A DNA stretch of 64,000 nt, taken from contig CAWDSK010000005.1 in assembly GCA_963804995.1 (NCBI GenBank), positions 576,001-640,000 of the forward strand, read 5' to 3'. The DNA is from an uncultured Acidobacteriota bacterium. Its GTDB lineage: Bacteria; Acidobacteriota; Terriglobia; UBA7540. The notes beneath the pieces are model-generated. The model ran no database searches. It was not told the DNA's origin and saw nothing but the letters and a program-made list of their open reading frames with translations. The position numbers and the translations under genes are program-made. Below are positions 28,857 to 36,956 of the stretch, one piece after another. Numbering within the stretch: position 1 is the stretch's first letter; each line of letters starts with the position of its first letter.

Positions 28857-30086
28857 ATGATTTCGCGCAGACAATTATTGAGTATGGGCGCCGCGGGATT
28901 AATCCTGCCTTGCAACTCGCGCGCGGCAAGCGGCAACTCTCACTTCTCCGAGGTCGAGCGGCGCATTGCCCACCACGACTTCCGCGGCCTCACCAAGGAG
29001 GACTTGGCCACCCCTTGCCTGATTCTTGAAGAGGCGCTTTTCAAAAAGAATCTTGAAACGATGGCTGCCAGCAACCAAGCCTTAGGCATCAAGCTGCGCG
29101 CCCACCTGAAGGTCCACAAGTGTCCTCAGATTGCCAAACAGCAACTCGCGCTGGGCGCCATCGGGATTTGCTGCGCCACCACCGCCGAGTGTGAGCTCAT
29201 GATGAACGCCGGAATTCATGGAGTCTTCCACTCCTGTCAGCCGGCGGGCCGGAACCAGGTCGCACGAGCCGTGGCTCTGGCGCGCCGCGACCGTACGTTT
29301 ATTGGCGTGCTGGACAACCCGCTCACGGTGGATACCCTGGAGCAGGCGTTGGCTGCGGCTCGCGTGCAGATGAGAGTTTGCGTAGACATTTTCGCAGGCA
29401 TGACGCGCCAGGGGTCGGAACCGGGTGAGCCCGCCCTGCGCCTGGCACAGAAGGTCGATCAGTCGAAACAACTCAAGCTGGTCGGCCTGATGAGCTACTC
29501 GGGCGAAGCCTCCCACACCCACGGGTGGGAGACCCGCCGCAAAAAGTCTGAGGAGCACTTGGCAGGCGCGGTCGCAACCGAGGCGCTCTGCCGAAAATCC
29601 GGGCTGCCCATCGAAATCCGAGCCGGTGGCAGCACCGGAACATACAACATCGACAAGGCGAATGGCCTCACGGAACTCCAGGCCGGCTCCTACGTTTTCA
29701 TGGACACCATCTACCGCAAGATTGGCGGGAAGGCTGACCCGAGCGTTTACACTGATTTCGAACCGGCTCTCACCGTAATGACCACTGTCATCAGCAAGAC
29801 TCATTCCAACCAGTGCGCCGTTGATTACGGCAACAAAGCCACGCTCCGTACCACGGACGAGGTTAAGGGCCGGCCGGGCGTGCGGGTCGAGTCGGGCGGC
29901 GCCGAATACGGCATCTTGCTGTGGAACGAGGGTGATCGCGACATCAAGCTGGGCGAGCTGGTTGAGATCTACCCCTCGAACCTCAACACCAGCGTCAACG
30001 CCTTCGATCGCATCTATGTGGCCCGTGGCGATTCCATCGTCGACGTGTGGCCCATCATGGGCCGCAGCGGTTCCCCGCAACGCTGA
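28857..30086 (+). CDS. DSD1/D-threonine aldolase family PLP enzyme (alanine racemase fold), Tat-like signal
   Basis: LATPCLIL, LRAHLKVHK, GGSTGT and ELQAGSYVFMD motifs; promoter TTGACA-17-TAACAT at 28792-28820. Confidence 0.9.
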   Translation: MISRRQLLSMGAAGLILPCNSRAASGNSHFSEVERRIAHHDFRGLTKEDLATPCLILEEALFKKNLETMAASNQALGIKLRAHLKVHKCPQIAKQQLALGAIGICCATTAECELMMNAGIHGVFHSCQPAGRNQVARAVALARRDRTFIGVLDNPLTVDTLEQALAAARVQMRVCVDIFAGMTRQGSEPGEPALRLAQKVDQSKQLKLVGLMSYSGEASHTHGWETRRKKSEEHLAGAVATEALCRKSGLPIEIRAGGSTGTYNIDKANGLTELQAGSYVFMDTIYRKIGGKADPSVYTDFEPALTVMTTVISKTHSNQCAVDYGNKATLRTTDEVKGRPGVRVESGGAEYGILLWNEGDRDIKLGELVEIYPSNLNTSVNAFDRIYVARGDSIVDVWPIMGRSGSPQR

Positions 30087-30192
30087 TGCGATATCGCTTT
30101 TAAGCTGGGAACGAACCTGCGTCGCATGGCGCGAAGTCCTTTAGCGCACCAGAGTCAGGCGCAGTTTGTTCTAATCTGCGCCAGCCGGCGGG

Positions 30193-30317
30193 AGCACAGG
30201 CACTCCTGCCTGTGAATGCGGCGCGAGGTTCGAGCCTAACGACACAGCCAGGAGTGGCTGTGCTGCAACTACGGCACTAAACCGCAGATCTGGGCGCGCT
30301 CTGCGCCAACCCACCCG
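30193..30317 (+). repeat. Composite REP repeat R3
   Basis: Same core; closest to R1. Confidence 0.9.
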
Positions 30318-30386
30318 TCGTTTGCCTGAGAGATTGACGGGGGGCGCGCATTCGTTTATATTCGTTATGTATACAAATGACGGAGC

Positions 30387-30641
30387 ATGATCATGGCTAA
30401 AACACTGACCATGCGGCTGGACGAAAAAACCTATGAGACTTTTGTCCGAGCCGCCCAAGCCGAACGGCGGTCGCTCTCGAACCTGGTTGAAACCGCGGCG
30501 CTGCGGCAGATCCAGGAAAGCCACTTCGTTGACAACGCGGAGATGGCGGAGATCGTCTCACGGCCTGGGCTCGTGAAGCGTCTCAAGGCGGGTTCCCGGG
30601 ATGCCCAAAGGCGAAGAGGCAGGTTCGTTCCAGCCGTTTAG
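30387..30641 (+). CDS. CopG/RHH antitoxin
   Basis: KTLTMRLDEKTYETFVRAAQAERRSLSNLVE; promoter TTGACG-17-TATATT at 30334-30362. Confidence 0.85.
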   Translation: MIMAKTLTMRLDEKTYETFVRAAQAERRSLSNLVETAALRQIQESHFVDNAEMAEIVSRPGLVKRLKAGSRDAQRRRGRFVPAV

Positions 30642-30909
30642 AGTATTCGAAACGCGGCGCTTCCTCGCCGATCTCGCCATCCTGGGAAGCGTTGCACAGA
30701 AGCGGCTTGAAGCCAAGCTGCGTGATTACGTTTACCCCATACTTCGCCAAGCCCCTCACTCCGGCTCGAATATCAAGCGACTGAAGAATTGGGACCCACC
30801 GACTTGGCGCTACCGAGTGGGAGATTGGCGCTTCTTTTACGAGATCGACGAGAGACAGCGCATCGTTTTCATGATCGCCGCCGATCACCGCAAAGAAGCC
30901 TATCGCTGA
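30601..30909 (+). CDS. relE: RelE/ParE family toxin
   Basis: NIKRLK...WRYRVGDWRFFYEID...ADHRKEAYR; true start uncertain. Confidence 0.9.
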   Translation: MPKGEEAGSFQPFRVFETRRFLADLAILGSVAQKRLEAKLRDYVYPILRQAPHSGSNIKRLKNWDPPTWRYRVGDWRFFYEIDERQRIVFMIAADHRKEAYR

Positions 30910-30924
30910 GGCCACAACTGCGCG

Positions 30925-31070
30925 GTAGCACAGGCACTCCTGCCTGTGACTGCGGGGCGAAGTTCGAGCGCGCCGAAACAGCCAGGAGTGGCTGTGCCGC
31001 AGCCAGGGTTTGCCGGGAAGCGGACCGGCTGGCTGGCAAATCGCAGGGCTGGGTTCGCTGTGCGCCACCC
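30925..31070 (+). repeat. Composite REP repeat R4
   Basis: Same core; closest to R2. Confidence 0.9.
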
Positions 31071-31191
31071 GGCTGAAGTCACACCCGACCAACGAAGAGC
31101 CGCAGAGTCTCGGAAGGCACGCCGCTCTGCGCTGCTCCTCGTTACCTGCTGAGTTGTAAGTATACCCATTTGGATATATTATGGGAAACGC

Positions 31192-31560
31192 ATGGAGGAA
31201 TCCCCCAAGCTTAGGCGCCTGCATTGGGTAGGGAGCAGCAAGAAGGACTTGCTGGCGCTCCCTGAAGACGTAATTGATGTTTTCGGTTATGCCCTTTACC
31301 TGGCACAAATCGGCAGAAAACATTCCCAAGCCAAGCCGCTGAAGGGATTTGGGTCGGCCGGCGTATTAGAGATCGTAGAGGACTGGGAGGGGAGCACCTA
31401 TCGAGCCGCGTATACCGTGCGTTTTGATCGTGCTATCTACGTCCTTCATGTATTTCAGAAGAAAGCCAAACGCGGCATTGCCACGCCCAAGTCCGATCTG
31501 GATTTAATCCGGCGCCGACTGAAGGTCGCCGAGCTGGCTGCCAAGGAGTTGGAATCATGA
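31192..31560 (+). CDS. higB: RelE/HigB-like toxin (phage Gp49/DUF891 type)
   Basis: WVGSSKKDL, KPLKGFG..GVLEI and YVLHVFQKK motifs; toxin-first gene order. Confidence 0.9.
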   Translation: MEESPKLRRLHWVGSSKKDLLALPEDVIDVFGYALYLAQIGRKHSQAKPLKGFGSAGVLEIVEDWEGSTYRAAYTVRFDRAIYVLHVFQKKAKRGIATPKSDLDLIRRRLKVAELAAKELES

Positions 31561-31910
31561 AAAGGCAAAGAAACATCGGAGACGTTGGTGTCCAGGAGGG
31601 CAGTGGGAATGTTTACGCTGACTTGGGCTACTCCGATTCTGAGGACATGGCCGTGAAAGCGCAACTGGTCACCAAGATTGCCGACATCATCCGCGAGCGT
31701 GGCCTCACCCAAGAGGAAGCGGCAAAGGTCTTGCGCTTGACCCAACCCAAGATTTCGAAGCTACTCAAAGGGCAGTTTCGGGGAATTTCAGAGCGCCGCT
31801 TGCTCCGCTGCCTGACAAAACTCGGGAGGGACGTCGAGATCGTCGTGAAACCGGCCCCGCGACGGCGCCCTGGCAGGTTGACACTTCTCTTCGCCGCAAC
31901 CGCTCGATGA
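31557..31910 (+). CDS. higA: XRE-family HTH antitoxin (HigA-like)
   Basis: GSGNVYADLG, LTQEEAAKVL.LTQPKIS and LGRDVEIVV motifs. Confidence 0.9.
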   Translation: MKRQRNIGDVGVQEGSGNVYADLGYSDSEDMAVKAQLVTKIADIIRERGLTQEEAAKVLRLTQPKISKLLKGQFRGISERRLLRCLTKLGRDVEIVVKPAPRRRPGRLTLLFAATAR

Positions 31911-32058
31911 GTGAGCGGCTTTCCTGGGTCGCGAGGAGCGGACCGCTGTTGGGGCAGGCTGGCGCAGACCCCAAAAGGCGCGGTCCTGCGCCAGCCTGCG
32001 TTTGAGAATTGTAAACATATGTCTCATAATGCTGGCGTCTTGCCGCCCCGAGGTGTGT

Positions 32059-32730
32059 ATGCAGCTTTCAGAATGGCAGAAGATCCTTATCACATCTCTT
32101 GCAAGTTTTTCTGTAGGTGTACTCGCTGAACCGATCAAACTGTGGCTCTCTGAGAATTACAAGAAACGTAAGCTGCGCAGGCTGTGCTACGAACGAGTGC
32201 TTATAGTTCGGGATGCTCTAAGCACCGTCCTTAAAGCCCTCAAAGAGCCTGACAAGAAGTTTGGGTACACGAGAACTGGCAAAGAATTCGCGCTTCTGAT
32301 GGTTCCCAACCTGGATATAGCAATACTCAAGAATGCAGTCGAGAAGGAAAGCTCAATCTTATGTCAGCTTGATATTGCCCGAACCGTTCGTAACATTGTC
32401 AGCTCTCTAGAAGAGATCAAGAGCGATACGTCACTTGAAGAAATGCAGAGGGTAGCCCAAGCAATCATTGCCAACATCGACATGGAGGTCGATTGGAATC
32501 GTATCAGCGGAGAATACCTCACCGATATAGCATTCGGGATGGACTGGGAGCAACATAAACTGTTCGACTGGAGGATGCCCCGAGACTTGGATTTACGCAA
32601 ATGGGGTTATAAAGACGAATCCCTTCGCCACAAGGTTTTCGTCCTCCGCCCACTTTTCGCGCGCATTGTTTCGCGGATCAGGCATATACGGAATTACACG
32701 CGGGTCAGGCCGAGATCCTTAAATCCATAG
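32059..32730 (+). CDS. Hypothetical protein with an N-terminal hydrophobic helix
   Basis: Long ORF, visibly lower in GC than the backbone, preceded by a REP hairpin at about 31953-32000. Confidence 0.65.
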   Translation: MQLSEWQKILITSLASFSVGVLAEPIKLWLSENYKKRKLRRLCYERVLIVRDALSTVLKALKEPDKKFGYTRTGKEFALLMVPNLDIAILKNAVEKESSILCQLDIARTVRNIVSSLEEIKSDTSLEEMQRVAQAIIANIDMEVDWNRISGEYLTDIAFGMDWEQHKLFDWRMPRDLDLRKWGYKDESLRHKVFVLRPLFARIVSRIRHIRNYTRVRPRSLNP

Positions 32731-32783
32731 ACTTATCCCCACTCTTGCGCTTCCCCGCGAATCGCTTACTCTGAAATTAACGC

Positions 32784-32981
32784 ATGGCTCAGTCCATCAC
32801 GATAGACATCATTCACAAGCATCTTGAATCCGACCGCCGGTGGCGGGAGCGGTGGCACGTCCAATGGGCGCAGAATTACGACCTCTACTGGGACACCGTC
32901 ATCATCAACCGGCATACGCAGCGGCGGGGTGGCACAAAGCGAGCGCAGCACTGGGATTTAGTCAAGCCAGGCGGTACCTAG
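32784..32981 (+). pseudogene. Short ORF, probably an N-terminal fragment truncated by a repeat
   Basis: Protein-like for about 48 aa, then reads into a degenerate copy of the repeat seen at 33206-33335. Confidence 0.4.
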
Positions 32982-33364
32982 TCGAGACGGACGAATCGTT
33001 CCGATAATAGAAACGGATGCCTGTTCCATAGATCGGTATCATAGAGATATCGGCGGGCATGGCCAGGGTGAAGCGCAGAGCTGGGCTCGCTCTGCGCCAG
33101 CCAAGTGGCCGCTCAAGTGAGCCTTCGAAATGCATCACTTAGCAGAGTGGCTCAGATCACTGAAAAGAGAAACTGTACCAGCGCTTCTTCTTTTCTTCGG
33201 CATTGGCAGGCTGGCGCAGGGCGAGCGCAGCCCTGCGATTTAGTGCGAAGCAAGCCGGCCGGTCCCTGGTCAAGCTGGATGAATCGTCCCGATAATAGAT
33301 TCGGAAGCCTGTTCCGCAGATCGGCATCATAGGGAAATTGGGGGGCAGGGTCCGACATGAGCAA

Positions 33365-33530
33365 GTAGCCACGGTCACTGCTTTTGTGACCGTGGGCTTT
33401 CCCCTCGATGACGCAGGGATTGACCCGAGCTTATCAAAGCCTATCGCGGCACGGTCGTGTTGCCCTTTGAACCGGGCAAGTACAGCCGCGTTGCTGTTAA
33501 GATAGTAGGCGACAAGGGTTTTGAAAGCCG
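33365..33530 (+). repeat. GTAG-REP plus 3' end of a DNA methyltransferase gene, copy 1 (degenerate)
   Basis: Homologous to 34289-34466. Confidence 0.75.
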
Positions 33531-33718
33531 CAAGCGCGGACCTTTTCCTCAAGCTCGGCGGCTCTTCTTGCGGACCGTGCCCAAGTGCCGCGGACTCGCA
33601 GACGCGCTACGCCCGCTGACCCACTAGCAGCTTACCGGCTGAAGGGCGCAAGAAGCAAACCGGCGTTAGGATCGTGGTAGTAACGGTTTACATATTTTAT
33701 TTCTGAAGGAGGAGGGAG

Positions 33719-33943
33719 ATGCGCATCAGTTATGACGGCGAAGTGGACGCGCTCTATATTCGCTTGCTGGAGGGCAAATACCAGTGCCGCACGCTGCGGA
33801 TGACGGACGAAGTGAGTTTGAACATCGGCCCCGGCGAAGAACTGGTGGGCATCGAGGTCCTGGACGCCACGGACGTATTGGGCAAGGGCTCGCTTCCGAC
33901 CGTCGTCCTGGATAACGTTCTCGCTGTGGAGGGCGGAACTTAA
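33719..33943 (+). CDS. DUF2283 domain protein (putative antitoxin), preceded by a 3' remnant of its partner
   Basis: MRISYDGEVDALYIRL...LVGIEVLDA. Upstream RIVVVTVYIFYF* (ending about 33705) resembles a DUF4258-type toxin C-terminus. Confidence 0.85.
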   Translation: MRISYDGEVDALYIRLLEGKYQCRTLRMTDEVSLNIGPGEELVGIEVLDATDVLGKGSLPTVVLDNVLAVEGGT

Positions 33944-34040
33944 CCAAAATTTTGGCAACCCTTACCGGCGCCAGCAAAACCGGAATCCCACCTTCCTGCG
34001 CGCAACCCACGCTGTAATAAAAATACCTGCGCCGTAGGCG

Positions 34041-34150
34041 CTTTGGAGTGCGGTCGCAGCAGCTACCGCCTTCCGTCTTTGCTCCATAGGGGAATCACCC
34101 TATGGCCAGAAGGAGAAAAGCGGTAGCTGCTGCGACCGCACTCCAAAGCG
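34041..34150. repeat. TTTGGAGTGCGG...CCGCACTCCAAA REP doublet
   Basis: Long inverted repeat; same family as the core of the 270 bp direct repeats. Confidence 0.85.
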
Positions 34151-34288
34151 CTGCGCGCATTTTCATCAGCAGTGCCGTGGCGAAGGCTCATGGGCGTCTG
34201 TGCGGTGCTGCATTTCAACCCCCGCCGCGCCGGGACTTGCCAAAAGCGCTCGCTGCTCACTGCCTACTGTTTTCCGAAGCGGATTCCA

Positions 34289-34466
34289 GCAGCCACTGCT
34301 TTTGCGACCGTGGGTTTTTCCCTCGATGACGCGGAGATTGACCCGGAGCTTGCCAAAGCCTATCGCGGCACAGTCTTGTTGCCCTTTAAACCGGGCAAGC
34401 ACAGGCGCGTTGCTGTTAAAATACTAGGCGACAGGGGTCTTGAGAGCCTAAAGGTTGTGGAGGTGA
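34289..34466 (+). pseudogene. REP plus C-terminal fragment of a type III (Mod-like) DNA methyltransferase, copy 2
   Basis: AEIDPELAKAYRGTVLLPFKPGKHRRVAVKILGDRGLESLKVVEV resembles, from recall, the conserved C-terminus of Mod-like adenine MTases. Confidence 0.7.
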
Positions 34467-34467
34467 T

Positions 34468-34894
34468 TTGGTGGGCGGAAACGGGACCAAGTTACTTGAC
34501 ATAACGGGGGAAGTCCTGGAAGCGGACGTCAAGGAGAGGCAATTTCAGCTCTGGACTGACGAATCCAATCATGTTTCAGTGAGCTTCCGGGAATCCGAGG
34601 AAGCGGATGTTACCACCGCGCTCAAGGACCACAAGGTCGTGCGCATCCGTGTAAAAGGGTGGGGTGAGATCGCGCCGAACGGCAAGCTGTTAAGAATCAC
34701 GCAAAGTGGAAGAGTTGAGCCTACAACCGGTGAGCGAGATCCCCATTGATCGCGCCGCGCGACCGATTGAGGAGATCATTCGAGAGTTGGCGGCGGAGGT
34801 TCCGCAAGCCGAATGGGACAGGCTGCCGCATGACCTGACGGATAACCTCGATCACTATCTGTACGGAACACTTCCCCGTATCGGTTATCGGTAG
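34468..34894 (+). pseudogene. Fragment of an antitoxin-like protein, frameshift at about 34703
   Basis: Two ORFs joined by removing one A. The C-terminal EWDRLPHDLTDNLDHYLYG motif is typical of PIN-toxin partners. No clear start. Confidence 0.55.
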
Positions 34895-35567
34895 GCTCGA
34901 ACGCCGAGGATGAGTCAAATTGATTGGCCCGTTACAAGCAGCGTAACCCCTCACCCGTCCCGCGCCGGCTGGTGAAAACACCGGCCGCGGTCCACCCTCT
35001 CCCCTCGGAGAGGGCTGTGAACTCTCGCCTTGCGCTGATGAACCGGTAGCCCAATTCCCCAACCGACCCCGCAGCCCGCCGTGACACACTGCACAAGCAG
35101 TGACCAGTGACGAGTGACAAGTGACGAGAAAGACCCAATATCCAAGCCGGGCAGGGGGATAGCGCCGACGGCCAAACTCCGCCAGGACACACTCCCCCAT
35201 ATCGATTATCGGCAGTGTCGGGTCAGAAGAGGAATCCAATGCTGACTTCGAAAATCGCAAATCACGCATCGCAATTCGCAAATGAGCCCCTCACCCGATC
35301 ACCGGATCACTCGATTGCCCACCCCCGCCGGGACACACTCCCCCGTATCGGTTATCGGCAGGCTCGAACGCCGAGGATGAGTCAAATTGAGTGGCCAGTC
35401 ACAAACACCTTGACCCCTCACCCGCCTGCGGGCCGAAGCCGACCCCATTTACGGTTCCCATGGGACCCTTCGGTGGGCGTAGGCCCGTCCCGCACCGGCT
35501 GGTGAAAACGCCGACCGCGGTCCACCCTCTTCCGCCGCGGCGGATTCTGCCGACCCCTCAGAGGGCT
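34868..35567. repeat. Duplicated composite repeat (ACACTCCCCCGTATCGGTTATCGG... plus CCCTCACCC REP) with 7- and 8-mer tandem repeats between copies
   Basis: 34868-35015 matches about 35334-35567; partial third copy at about 35188; AGTGAC-type heptamers at 35098-35127. Confidence 0.8.
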
Positions 35568-35704
35568 AGGTTAACGCTTAGGGGCCTTTGGCCGGGGCTG
35601 TGGCAGGTAGGCTCATGCGGAACCCTTCGAGCCACTGATTAACACTGGTCAGCACGGATAATTCCTCTATTTTGATCCGCGCGAATCGGCGTTAATCTGC
35701 GGCC

Positions 35705-36436
35705 TTGCCTTTCGGCAAAAACGCGCGCATTCAATTGGAACACGGAGGGGAGAACGAATCTTCTGAACATTATGAGACCGTGGCCTATTGGTACGGATTG
35801 CCCAGTCCTTCCCTGATTAAGACGGACACGTTGAGCGTGGGTGACCCTGTCAGTGAGAGGGCTCATGCGTATTCATCGCCCGAGGCGAGTGAGCCTGTTG
35901 AGATAACCTCGCGCTATGAATGGGGAGTCGATCATTTGGAGGGGAAGGAAATTTATCCGGCGCACACCGAGGTGGGCCGCTCGACGACAGGCACCTCCGA
36001 ATTCACGCTGAAACTCGCGGCAGATAATCTTGGCGTTATGTTGCGCCGGACGCTCAACTACTCTTTTCCCAATCAACGGGCAGAGGTTTTTGTGGCGAGA
36101 GCCGCGGGAACCTCGCACCCTGGGGCCCCCGATCAGTGGAAGCTCGCGGGCATCTGGTATCTCGCCGGATCAAATTCCTGGATTCACTCCGATCCGAATC
36201 CGTAGTTGGCACCGACCGGGCATAAGATCGAAACTTCCAATCGGCGCTTCCGGGATGATGAGTTTCTTATGGGGCGCGACCTCACCCAAGGACGGTCGGC
36301 GATCCGAGTGAGAGTTCACTTCACGCCGGTTAACATCCCGCTGTTTCCCGGCGCACCGACTCAGAAGCACGCTTGGAGCGAAATCCGCTACTCGGCTTAC
36401 TGCATCGTGATGCCTTTATTCCAAGCGCCTGGTTAG
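35705..36436 (+). pseudogene. 3' fragment of a DUF2961-like protein with an in-frame TAG at 36203
   Basis: PFGKNARIQLEHGGEN...YETVAYWY motif. The two ORFs are in one frame, separated by a single stop; the 5' part is missing. Confidence 0.7.
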
Positions 36437-36956
36437 ACTGGATACTTCGCCGTACGGGGACGTTCGCAGGGGCAGCCGGAAGGGCGGGGCGGAATCTGTC
36501 CCGACTCGTCGGGCACCCCAGCTTGATCGTAGTCCCCCACTCTTCGTTTGACCCACGTCCCGCCCTCACAGAGCCGCGGGGAGAAATCAAGACTAAATGT
36601 CTGGAACCTCGGCGGTGAGGATGTGGACAGAATTACCGAGTTCGAAGCCCCCGGGTGTCCCACTTGTTGCTCTCCCAGCGTCTAAGCGCGCGTCGTCCCA
36701 CTAAAAACGACGAACGGGGGAATTTCGGAAATATTCGGAAATATCTGGAGTAGTCACTACTGTAGCGGAATGTGCTGTCTTCCGGGGGTATTGTAAAGAT
36801 TACCTCCCACCTCATTGACCCGCATCGCTTCATGAACTCGTACTATTTTGTGCACTGGATGCAGGTGATACAGTATATTGTTGACCCGCGATGGTGGCCG
36901 TTAGCTTGGCCATTCATCCGCGAGATAGTGCGAAAGCGGCGCGAGGGACGCCACAT

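Noticed and set aside
27637..31070. CRISPR array or classical integron attC array
   Set aside because: Repeats are over 120 bp with gene-sized gaps. No cas or intI gene is in the window and I see no clear RYYYAAC/GTTRRRY boxes.
30387..34894. Prophage or integrative element
   Set aside because: No integrase, structural, replication or conjugation genes, and no att-like tRNA boundary.
36203..36205. Amber readthrough (pyrrolysine) in the DUF2961-like gene
   Set aside because: The gene is already 5'-truncated and no pyl genes are visible; a nonsense mutation is simpler.
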